From IMG/VR virus record IMGVR_UViG_3300034053_000051, positions 1 to 30,726 of that record: a stretch of 30,726 nucleotides of DNA; one strand, 5' to 3'. Source of the stretch: a virus. Lineage: Duplodnaviria > Caudoviricetes. A model generated the notes under the pieces. It did no database searches and was not told the DNA's origin. It saw only the letters and a program-made list of their open reading frames with translations. A program made the position numbers and the translations under genes. Shown piece by piece: positions 23,311-30,726 of the stretch (within the stretch, counting starts at the first letter, position 1; every line of letters begins with the position of its first letter).

Positions 23311-23589
23311 ATGCCAGCCGCCACCCTTGTGCTTGAAGACCGCCGCCCGCATGCGGCCGGGGTGATCGAGTTGGTGATCTGGGCCGTGCCGCAGCCGGTG
23401 CCGCCCAGCGACCATGGGTTCAAGTACCGCTTGGTCTACGTGGTGGGCGGCGAGCGCGTGGTGGGCTACGACAACGAGCGCGGCAAGGGCGACCACAAGC
23501 ACCTGTGCGGCGCTGAGCGGGCCTACCGATTCGTGGACGTGCAGACCTTGCTGGCCGACTTCATGGCCGATGTGGAGCGTGCAGGATGA
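23311..23589 (+). CDS. DUF6516-like putative toxin
   Basis: IWAVPQPV...HGFKYRL...YDNERGKGDHKH motif; start could also be ATG 23302. Confidence 0.8.
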   Translation: MPAATLVLEDRRPHAAGVIELVIWAVPQPVPPSDHGFKYRLVYVVGGERVVGYDNERGKGDHKHLCGAERAYRFVDVQTLLADFMADVERAG

Positions 23590-24011
23590 ACGACGAGAGC
23601 GACGACGACATCGAGCTGAGCACCGCCGTGCCTGAGGGCAGCGTATTGCGCGTGAGCGTGGGGGAGCCGCTGGCGACTGGCCTGGAGCGGGTGAAGGTGG
23701 TGATGCTGGCCCTGCAGGCCGGCCAGGACGTGCAGCCGCACTTCGGCGTGAACTTTCCGCAGATGAGCCAGATGCTGGCTGTGTTCACGCCCAAGCGCTG
23801 GGAGCTGGTGGCCGCGTTGCGGCAGGCCGGCCCCAGCAGCGTGCGCGCCCTGGCCGCGCGGCTGGGCCGCAACTACAAGAACGTGCACACCGACGTGGCG
23901 GCGCTTGAGCAGTGGCTGGCCGTGCAGCGGCTACCCGACGGGCGCGTGCACGTGCCCTGGCGCGAGATCGTGGTCGACATGCAGCTGCCGGATCTGGCGC
24001 AGGCGGCTTGA
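23586..24011 (+). CDS. HTH DNA-binding protein, putative antitoxin (HVO_A0114-like)
   Basis: FTPKRWELV...SVRALAARLGRNYKNVHTDVAAL; ATGA-coupled to the DUF6516-like gene. Confidence 0.8.
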   Translation: MNDESDDDIELSTAVPEGSVLRVSVGEPLATGLERVKVVMLALQAGQDVQPHFGVNFPQMSQMLAVFTPKRWELVAALRQAGPSSVRALAARLGRNYKNVHTDVAALEQWLAVQRLPDGRVHVPWREIVVDMQLPDLAQAA

Positions 24012-24040
24012 GCGGGCCGCTCGCTCAAGCGCAGGGTGGC

Positions 24041-24544
24041 CTATGGCACCACCAGGCCTGGCACCCAGGGCCACGGGCCGCCAGCGGTTGGCGTGGCGCC
24101 CAGGCTGGTGCAGGCGGTGCGATAGGCGCGCTCGATCATGAAGCGGTTGGGCGCTGGCTCTGACGCTTCCACCTCATTGCAGCGGGACGCCCACCGGTCG
24201 AGGTCGGCTTCAGAAAATCGGCGTTCACCGGCGGCGTCGATCTCGCGCTCGATGGCCGTCCAGTCGCCATGCCGCCGCGCGGCATCACGGGCCTTGCTGC
24301 CCCAGCCGAACACCAGCGCGGCGGCGGTGCCCGCAAATATCACGGCGGCCGCGATCTGCACCGTTACAGGGTTAGCCACGTTGGCAAGCGCAACCGAGCC
24401 GGCAATCAGCGACGCCACCTTGACCGCGCCTTCGCGCAGTTCCATCACCGCTTGGCGGCGCTGCTGGTACAGCCTGTTCATGCGCGCTCTCAGCCGCAAG
24501 TCAAAGCGGCGCTGGTGCAGGTAGCTCCATTCGGTCTGGTCCAT
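24041..24544 (-). CDS. Two-transmembrane protein, SLATT-like
   Basis: Basic helix, two hydrophobic segments, then SKARDAARRHGDW and a helical tail; AAGGAG RBS. Confidence 0.6.
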   Translation of the reverse strand: MDQTEWSYLHQRRFDLRLRARMNRLYQQRRQAVMELREGAVKVASLIAGSVALANVANPVTVQIAAAVIFAGTAAALVFGWGSKARDAARRHGDWTAIEREIDAAGERRFSEADLDRWASRCNEVEASEPAPNRFMIERAYRTACTSLGATPTAGGPWPWVPGLVVP

Positions 24545-24546
24545 GC

Positions 24547-24666
24547 TTACTCCTTGCGTTCAGGCGGCGGCGGGGGTGGCGGCGGCATCGGCGGCGGCGG
24601 CGCCGGTGTCGGCCGCGGGATGTGCGCGCGTTCGCGGTGATCCTGATGCTGCATGCGGTTTTTCAT
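24547..24666 (-). CDS. 39-aa proline-rich peptide
   Basis: GAGGA RBS; MKNRMQ...PRPTPAPPPPMPPPPPPPPERKE; its last codons carry the RBS of the next gene. Confidence 0.45.
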   Translation of the reverse strand: MKNRMQHQDHRERAHIPRPTPAPPPPMPPPPPPPPERKE

Positions 24667-24841
24667 GGTAGCCCATTCCTCAATCAATGCGGTGACGCGC
24701 AGCGGCTGCACCGTGCGGGGCTGCGGCACACCCCGATGCAGGTCACCCGTGCGGGGGATACCCTTTCGGTGGATGCGGGTGCCGCCCTGTGGGGGTGGTG
24801 CTTGCGGGGTAGTGGCGTCAATCTGTAGACCACGGGGCCGC

Positions 24842-25255
24842 TCAGGCTGACTTGCGGGGTTTCCCAGGAAGGGTTTCGGGCGCTGGTGCCGGGGGCGCAA
24901 TGGCGTCGAGCATGGCCGCCAGTGAGCGCAGCACCGCCGTGCGCTGGCTTTCATCAAGTGCAGCCAGGCGGCGTGTGATGTCAGCCGGCAGGGCCAGGTC
25001 GAGGCTCACATGCTGGGGTCTTGAAGGCACGGCGGGCACCGGCTTTCCCGTCGGGTGAACTTCGTCCAGCCAGCCGCGCGGCAGATCGAGGGCTTGCTCG
25101 AGCGCTCTTGCAGCCTTCTCGCCGAAGGACTTATTGCTGTCGCCGAGCAGGTCACGCCAGTAGGAGTAGGACTTCCCCGCGCGTGCCATCAGCGCCTTCG
25201 GGTCGTGCTTCAGGCTGCGCAGATTCGTGCGCCGAATTTCAGCGTCTTCACTCAT
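24842..25255 (-). CDS. Phage repressor (CI-like HTH, no S24 peptidase domain)
   Basis: IRRTNLR...SFGEKAARALEQALDLPRGWLD motif; divergent from the Cro-like gene. Confidence 0.8.
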   Translation of the reverse strand: MSEDAEIRRTNLRSLKHDPKALMARAGKSYSYWRDLLGDSNKSFGEKAARALEQALDLPRGWLDEVHPTGKPVPAVPSRPQHVSLDLALPADITRRLAALDESQRTAVLRSLAAMLDAIAPPAPAPETLPGKPRKSA

Positions 25256-25265
25256 CGCGCCGATA

Positions 25266-25321
25266 ACACCATTTGATGTGCACTGTATGGTGTTGACTGC
25301 CGCGACACCGTTTGGTGTAAT
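25266..25321 (+). promoter_or_regulatory. PR-like promoter and OR operators
   Basis: TTGACT 25293-25298, 17 bp, TGTAAT 25316-25321. Operators ACACCATTTGATGT 25266-25279, GCACTGTATGGTGT 25280-25293 and ACACCGTTTGGTGT 25305-25318. Confidence 0.8.
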
Positions 25322-25326
25322 AGGGC

Positions 25327-25611
25327 ATGACTGCTCTCCAAAAAGCAATCGAAGCCGCCGGCGGCCAGACGGCGCTGGCCAAGTCCATCGGCGTAGTCCA
25401 GCAGCTCGTGTGGAACTGGCTGAATCGCAGCGAAGGCCGCGTCCCCGCCGAACATTGCATCGCCATCGAGCGCGCCACCGGCGGCGCCGTGCGCTGCGAA
25501 GACCTGCGGCCTGACATCGAGTGGGGCGTGTTGCGCGGCACGCTGCCCCAGGGCCGGCCCACCACCGACGTGGCCGCGCCGGCGCCCGCTGAGCAGCAGG
25601 AGGCCGCTTGA
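25327..25611 (+). CDS. Cro-like / YdaS-family HTH regulator
   Basis: AGGQTALAKSIGVVQQLVWNW...VPAEHCIAIERATGGAVRCEDLRPD. Confidence 0.88.
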   Translation: MTALQKAIEAAGGQTALAKSIGVVQQLVWNWLNRSEGRVPAEHCIAIERATGGAVRCEDLRPDIEWGVLRGTLPQGRPTTDVAAPAPAEQQEAA

Positions 25612-25613
25612 TG

Positions 25614-25970
25614 TCAGTGCGGCGGCTTTCCTTGATCGGCGTTGTCCTCGAAGAGCTGGGAGTTGACGCCTGCGGTGCGTTTCGCAAAGTAGTCGCGCAG
25701 TGCGCTCGCGCGCGCCATGTCGAAGTCGAAGCACAGCCAGCCAAGGCCGCTGTGACGCAAAGCCATCAGTACACGGTTTTCTGCGATGAGCCCGACTCTT
25801 ACGGAGGGGTCGGCCATGGATGTGATGTTGTCCGTCAGGGCCCATGCGTTGCTGACCGCGGGCGACATGTCTGCACGCATGGAGGCCAGTGCGGCGATCA
25901 GCTCGTCGACCTGGTTGGTGGTGAGCGTCATGGCAGGTAGCGACACCGTGCCGTCTGGATTCAAGGTCAT
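25614..25970 (-). CDS. Moron 1, hypothetical protein (118 aa)
   Basis: AAGGAG RBS inside the repeated leader; antisense to the lytic operon. Confidence 0.7.
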   Translation of the reverse strand: MTLNPDGTVSLPAMTLTTNQVDELIAALASMRADMSPAVSNAWALTDNITSMADPSVRVGLIAENRVLMALRHSGLGWLCFDFDMARASALRDYFAKRTAGVNSQLFEDNADQGKPPH

Positions 25971-26038
25971 GGGCGCTCTCCTTGGGCTGGTGCATGTAGG
26001 AGCCGCCAGCGTAACCGGGGAAGGGCGCCCGCCCTTTG
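25967..26038. repeat. Moron leader repeat, copy 1
   Basis: Near-identical to 26435-26507. Confidence 0.9.
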
Positions 26039-26165
26039 TCGCAAAGGCCGTGACGGCCGAGGAGGGGCGCGATGCCGCATGAGGCCTTGACGACGGCCTG
26101 GGTGTACGAATGGGCCGAACTGGACCGCCTGACGGCGGACGGCGTGCAGCGCCTGAAGGCATGGA

Positions 26166-26438
26166 TCAGTGGCGCTGGCCGGGGCGCAGGTCTTGATACA
26201 GGCGCCGGGTCTCCGGGTCGTTGGGGTGCTGCTTCAGCGCCAGCGACGACAGCGACAGCAGCATGCCTGTGGCTAGTGCGTCGAAGGTGTCGGCTGGTTG
26301 GTCTGGCTTCACCTGAGCCCGGTAGTTGGCCATCAGGTTGGCCAGCAGCGGCCGTGCGTCGCCTGTTGCTCCGATGGCATGAGCAAGCAGCGCGAGTGCT
26401 TTGCGCGTGGCTATGAGCATGTCGTCCGATTCGTTCAT
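26166..26438 (-). CDS. Moron 2, hypothetical protein (90 aa)
   Basis: AAGGAGG RBS inside the repeated leader; antisense to the lytic operon. Confidence 0.7.
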   Translation of the reverse strand: MNESDDMLIATRKALALLAHAIGATGDARPLLANLMANYRAQVKPDQPADTFDALATGMLLSLSSLALKQHPNDPETRRLYQDLRPGQRH

Positions 26439-26507
26439 GGGCGCCCTCCTTGGGCTGGTGCGTGTAGGAGCCGCCAGCGTAACCCTGGCAGGGCGCCCGC
26501 CCCTTTG
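26435..26507. repeat. Moron leader repeat, copy 2
   Basis: TCATGGGCGCYCTCCTTGGGCTGGTGCRTGTAGGAGCCGCCAGCGTAACC...AGGGCGCCCGCCC is shared with copy 1. Confidence 0.9.
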
Positions 26508-26583
26508 GCTGCTTCCCCCAGATGTCTCCTCCTGCCGGGCCACCCGTGCGCGCGCTGAGCAACGCGCGGCGGGCCCCGACTTG

Positions 26584-26617
26584 CGCCCCGGTGCCCTGAT
26601 GGGCCGGGGCGTTTTTT
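26584..26617 (+). terminator. Intrinsic terminator (tR1-like)
   Basis: CGCCCCGG / CCGGGGCG stem followed by T6, upstream of the cII-like gene. Confidence 0.7.
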
Positions 26618-26708
26618 CTCCACCCTGATCTGATGCTGGCGTGGCTGGTGCGCATGCGTCGCACTGTGCCGGCCGGCAGTGATAACCACCGAAAAGAACG
26701 GAGCACAA

Positions 26709-27113
26709 ATGCCATCGCCGCTTATCACTGGAAATCAGCCCCGGCAGATGACGCTGGAGCTCGACGAGGGCCTGCTGCAGGCCCACCGCAGCCTGCGCGA
26801 CTGCGTGGCCAGCGGGGTGTACCGCCGTGGACTGAAGGCGGTGGCGGCGGATCTGGACCTGAGCCCGGGCAACCTGAGCGTGGCGTTGTCGGACGACCCG
26901 CACCGCAAGTTCAGCGTGGACGACCTCGAGGCCTACATCAAGTCCACCGGGGACAAGGCGCCGGTCTACTACCTGGTGGCCAAGTATCTGGGCGACGAGG
27001 CTGCGGCGCGTGACCACGCGCTCGGCCAGGTGGCGCAGATGCTGCAGTCCATCCCCGGGCTGTTGGCAGCGGCGGGGTTGCAACAGCAGGCGCCGAAGCG
27101 AGGCGGGCGCTGA
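26709..27113 (+). CDS. CII-like phage regulatory protein
   Basis: GGAG RBS; LKAVAADLDLSPGNLSVAL HTH; located between cro and the replication gene. Confidence 0.7.
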   Translation: MPSPLITGNQPRQMTLELDEGLLQAHRSLRDCVASGVYRRGLKAVAADLDLSPGNLSVALSDDPHRKFSVDDLEAYIKSTGDKAPVYYLVAKYLGDEAAARDHALGQVAQMLQSIPGLLAAAGLQQQAPKRGGR

Positions 27114-27118
27114 GCATC

Positions 27119-29485
27119 TTGACCGAAACCACTGACGACCCGGGCAGCAGCGCGGGCGGGGCCAACGCCGCCCTGCTGCGCGCCAGCATGCCCCAGGCGA
27201 TGCGGGCGCTGCCTCAGTGGCTGATGTGGCGCTTCGAGCGTTTTGACGGCGACAAGAAGCCGCGCAAGGTGCCCTACTACCTGAGCGGCCACAAGCGCCG
27301 CGGGGTGCAGGGCAGCCCCGAAGACCGCGCCGAACTGTGCGAGTTTGACGCGGCGACGGCGGCGCTGAAGGCTGGCCGCTGGGACGGGGTGGGCTTTGCC
27401 TTCCTGCCCGGGGACGGGCTGATCGGCATCGACATCGACGGCGCGGTGGACCCCGACACCGGGGAGGTGAGCGAGCGCTGCCGCAAGATCATCGAGGCCT
27501 GCTCGAGCTACACCGAGTGGAGCCCGAGTGGCCGCGGCGTGCACATCATCGTGGCCGGGCAGAGCGAGACCTTCAAGGACAACAAGATCGGGCTGGAGAT
27601 CTTTTGCGGTCGCCAGTTCTTCACCTGCACGGGCCGGCGCTGGCAGGGCACACCCGCCGAGGTGGAGCCGCTGCAGGAGGATGTGTTGCGCCGTCTGCGG
27701 GCCACGGTGCGCGGCAAGAAGGGCGAGGCGCCAGCGGCCACGGTCTCTGCGCCGGCGCCCGCGCCCGCCGGCGACAAGGCGCAGCGTGCCCGGCGCTACT
27801 GCCTGGCGGCGCTGGACAACGCGGTGCAGCGGGTGCAGCGGGCCCAGGAGGGCGGCCGCAACAATGAGCTGAACGAGGCCGCGTTCGGCCTGGCGCAACT
27901 GGTGCACACGGGCGGGGTGAGCGAGGCGACGATCCGCGCCGCGCTGGGCGATGCGGCGCGGTCGATCGGCTTGGTGCAGGCCGAGATCGACGCGACGCTG
28001 CGGTCGGCCATCAGCGCCGGGCTGTTGCTGCCCAAGCTGCTGCCGGCAGAGCCTGAGCGGGCACCGGCCCGGGGGCGCGGCAAGAAGGCCCGATCGGAGG
28101 GGGTGGCGGCCGATGGCACGCCTACCCCTTCCACCGGCTCCGCCGCGGAAGATGCAGGGGCCGATGCGGCCGACGACGCCGACTGGCGCACGGAGCTGAT
28201 CCGCGAGCGCGGCGGCAAGAAGGACTGCCGCGAGAACGTGTTCCTGGTGCTGCGCCATCACCCGGCATTGCAGGGCCTGGTGGCCTATGACGAGTTTGCG
28301 CACCGGGTGATGAAGACCCGCCAGCCGCCCTGGGACAGCACCGTTGGCGAGTGGTCGACGCAGGACGATTACCTGCTCGGGATGTGGCTGGCAACGCACG
28401 AGCGCATGGTCATCAAGGCCGAGGGCACGCTGGTGGCCGGGGTGGCGATGGCTGCCTTCCAGAACCGATACCACCCGGTGCTGCGTTACCTGGCCGAGCT
28501 GCCCGACTGGGATGGCGTGCCGCGCCTGGCTCACTGGCTGCACGAGTGCCTGGGGGCGAAGGACACGCCCTACACGCAGCTGGTGGGCACGTGGTTCGTG
28601 CTGGGCATGGTGCAGCGGGTGCAGGTGCCCGGGTGCCAGATGGATTACATGATCGTGCTCGAGGGGTTGCAGGGCAAACGCAAGTCGACGGCTCTGCGCA
28701 CGCTGGTGGGCAACGACGATTGGTTTGCCGACACGCCGATCCGCATCGGCGACAAGGACGCGATGCTGTCCCTGGCCGGCAAGTGGCTGTACGAGGTGGG
28801 CGAGCTGGACTCGTTCAACAAGGCCGAGGTCACAGCGGTCAAGCAGTACGTGAGCAGCCGGGTGGACCGGGTGCGCGAGCCGTTTGCTCGGCGCCCGGCC
28901 GACCGCCCGCGCAGCGGTGTGTTTGCGGGGTCCACGAACCAGAGCGAGTATTTCAAGGACCCGACCGGGGCCCGGCGCTTTTGGCCGGTGGCCTGCGATG
29001 GTGACATCGACATCGACAAGCTCGCCCAGTGGCGCAGCCAGTTGTTCGCTGAGGCAATGCACCGGCTGGCCAGCGCAGACCCCGAGGATCGGCGCTACTA
29101 CCCCACGCGGGAGGAAACCGACGCCTACCTGGTGCCCGAGCAAGAGGCCCGCGAGATCGTGGATCCGTGGTTCGAGCGCCTGGCGCAGTGGCTGGACTGC
29201 AAGCAGCAGTACGGCGACTCGGGCCGGGAGGTGCGCGAGGTGGACAGCTTCACTGCGCACGACCTGCTGACCAAGTGCCTGATGGTGCCGCAGGACCGCA
29301 TCGACGGCGGCCGGCAGATGGCCACGCGGGTGGGCATTGCGATGCACAAGATGCACTGGCACAAGCGGCGCGACGCCACGGGTGCACGGCTGTGGCGCTA
29401 CTGGCGCCCGGGAAGCCAGACCGAAGAGACCGGCCAGACGGAAGGCGCTGCGGGTGGTCCCGCGGTGGAACTGCATGAGTTCTGA
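27119..29485 (+). CDS. Primase-polymerase fused to a VapE/VirE-type helicase
   Basis: Prim-pol motifs GIDID and SPSGRGVH, helical EGGRNNELN domain, Walker A GLQGKRKST, Walker B LYEVGELD, and GSTN...DPTGARRFWPV. TTG start is uncertain. Confidence 0.9.
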   Translation: MTETTDDPGSSAGGANAALLRASMPQAMRALPQWLMWRFERFDGDKKPRKVPYYLSGHKRRGVQGSPEDRAELCEFDAATAALKAGRWDGVGFAFLPGDGLIGIDIDGAVDPDTGEVSERCRKIIEACSSYTEWSPSGRGVHIIVAGQSETFKDNKIGLEIFCGRQFFTCTGRRWQGTPAEVEPLQEDVLRRLRATVRGKKGEAPAATVSAPAPAPAGDKAQRARRYCLAALDNAVQRVQRAQEGGRNNELNEAAFGLAQLVHTGGVSEATIRAALGDAARSIGLVQAEIDATLRSAISAGLLLPKLLPAEPERAPARGRGKKARSEGVAADGTPTPSTGSAAEDAGADAADDADWRTELIRERGGKKDCRENVFLVLRHHPALQGLVAYDEFAHRVMKTRQPPWDSTVGEWSTQDDYLLGMWLATHERMVIKAEGTLVAGVAMAAFQNRYHPVLRYLAELPDWDGVPRLAHWLHECLGAKDTPYTQLVGTWFVLGMVQRVQVPGCQMDYMIVLEGLQGKRKSTALRTLVGNDDWFADTPIRIGDKDAMLSLAGKWLYEVGELDSFNKAEVTAVKQYVSSRVDRVREPFARRPADRPRSGVFAGSTNQSEYFKDPTGARRFWPVACDGDIDIDKLAQWRSQLFAEAMHRLASADPEDRRYYPTREETDAYLVPEQEAREIVDPWFERLAQWLDCKQQYGDSGREVREVDSFTAHDLLTKCLMVPQDRIDGGRQMATRVGIAMHKMHWHKRRDATGARLWRYWRPGSQTEETGQTEGAAGGPAVELHEF

Positions 29486-29495
29486 CAGCCGATCC

Positions 29496-29724
29496 GTCCA
29501 ACCGTCCAACCTCGTCCAACACCCCCTTTTGAGGTTGGACGGCGGTGGTTTTCATAGGGGCCGTCCAACCTCGTCCAACCTCGTCTCGCGGGTGGTCCCG
29601 TGCGTGTGTGGGCGTGCGCGTGGGGGCGCGGGGGCGCCCCCGGGCCCCCGGGCGCAGGGGTGCGCACATGCGCGCGCAAGTTGGACGAGGTTGGACGTTG
29701 GACGGAATCAAGGGAAGGTTGGAC
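29496..29724. repeat. Iteron cluster, putative replication origin
   Basis: GTCCAAC at 29496, 29504, 29514, 29563, 29573; inverse GTTGGAC at 29534, 29680, 29690, 29697, 29718. The cluster lies directly after the primase-helicase. Confidence 0.8.
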
Positions 29725-29726
29725 GG

Positions 29727-29936
29727 ATGAGTGAGCCAGCAAAGCAGCAGCAGGGATCGCTGAGGGGGGTGATGCCGGAGACGGCCGGCCTCGTCGACGA
29801 ACTGCGCCAGGTGCTGGGCGTGGAGTGGGCCAACCGGCTGCTGTTGCAGGGCAAGGCTGGCAAGGGCTGCTTCTGGGCCCAGGAGACCGGGCCGGATGGG
29901 GTGGTGAGGGAGTTCGGGAGCAAGGGGAGGCGATGA
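29727..29936 (+). CDS. Hypothetical protein (69 aa)
   Basis: MPETAGLVDELRQVLG...FWAQE...FG; ATGA overlap with the next gene. Confidence 0.65.
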   Translation: MSEPAKQQQGSLRGVMPETAGLVDELRQVLGVEWANRLLLQGKAGKGCFWAQETGPDGVVREFGSKGRR

Positions 29937-30726
29937 GGCTGGAGATTGACACAAAGGGCATTGACGAGGCGGTGCGCAAGCTGGCCGAGCTGCCCAAGCA
30001 ATTGCGGTTCGCCTCGGCCCTGGCGCTGACGCGCACGGCGCAGCGGGTGGCCGAGGCGGAGCGGCACGAGATGCGCGACAGCTTCGACCGGCCGACGCCG
30101 TTCACGCTGGGGGCGGTGTTCGTGCGGCCTGCCAAGCCGTCGAACCCGGAGGCCATCGTCGGCATCAAGAGCGACAGCGGCGGCTACAGGCCGCCGGTCA
30201 ACTGGTTGCGCTGGCAGATCCATGGCGGGTTGCGGACGCAGACAGCTTACGAGCGCTTGCTGGTCAACAACGGGGCCATGCGCAACAGCGACCGGGCTGT
30301 GCCTGGCAGGTTCGCGCGGCTGGATGCGTTCGGCAACATGAGCCGCGGGCAGCTGGTGCAGATCCTGTCGCAGCTGCGGATCGAGAGCAGCACGGGCAGC
30401 TCGCGGTCGCTGCCTCGCTTTGCATTCGAGGACACCAAGAAGGACCGCACCCGCAAGAAGGGCGTCATCCGCCGGGCCTACCAACGCGCGGGGGGGCAGT
30501 ACGTGGCGTTCCCCAACGGGCGGGGGAAGCTGCTGCCAGGCATCTATCAGATCCGCGCCACGGCCTGGGGGCGCAGCGATCCGCGGCCGGTGATGATCTT
30601 CGTGAGCAAGGCGGAATACGAGGCCGGCCGCTTCGACTTCGAGTACGCGGCGCGCAAGGCAGTCGAGCGCCACTTGCAGGCTGAGGTCGAGGCGGCGGTG
30701 GCCCAGACCATCGCCTCGGCCAGGCC
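29933..30726 (+). CDS. Conserved phage protein (gpZ/gp10-like), 3'-truncated by the window
   Basis: GGAGG RBS, ATG 29933, QLRFASALALTRTA...FDRPTPFT motif. The frame appears open to the window end and is absent from the ORF track. Confidence 0.75.
   Translation, partial: MRLEIDTKGIDEAVRKLAELPKQLRFASALALTRTAQRVAEAERHEMRDSFDRPTPFTLGAVFVRPAKPSNPEAIVGIKSDSGGYRPPVNWLRWQIHGGLRTQTAYERLLVNNGAMRNSDRAVPGRFARLDAFGNMSRGQLVQILSQLRIESSTGSSRSLPRFAFEDTKKDRTRKKGVIRRAYQRAGGQYVAFPNGRGKLLPGIYQIRATAWGRSDPRPVMIFVSKAEYEAGRFDFEYAARKAVERHLQAEVEAAVAQTIASAR

Noticed and set aside
25608-25940. 110-aa plus-strand ORF after cro
   Set aside because: It is almost entirely antisense to moron 1, which has a strong RBS and a repeated leader. 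Its overlap with the cro stop means it cannot be fully excluded.
29496-29724. CRISPR array
   Set aside because: The repeats are 7-10 bp, in both orientations, with irregular spacing, and there are no cas genes.

Overview
This window is about 30.7 kb of a GC-rich temperate siphovirus-type phage. Phage genes lie on both sides of an attP site (the 3' half of a tRNA-Pro plus arm-type repeats), so the sequence appears to be the excised or circular form. Left to right it holds: a head and tail module (protease-capsid fusion, tail tube, frameshifted chaperone, tape measure, tail protein ending in a 7-repeat beta-propeller); attP; a tyrosine integrase and an excisionase-like gene; a leftward early operon; an accessory block (DUF6516/HTH toxin-antitoxin-like pair, SLATT-like membrane protein); a cI/cro switch with repeated operators; two antisense morons sharing a 72-bp leader; a cII-like gene; a primase-helicase; and an iteron-rich origin. 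The main finding is a complete integron built into the early operon: an intact IntI overlapping xis (which overlaps int), an attI-like site and four attC-bounded cassettes (17963-19508). All cassette genes are inverted relative to their attC sites, so they read with the phage leftward transcript. The attC bottom strands supply ribosome-binding sites, start codons and stop codons. All family assignments come from motif recognition by eye; no database searches were run.
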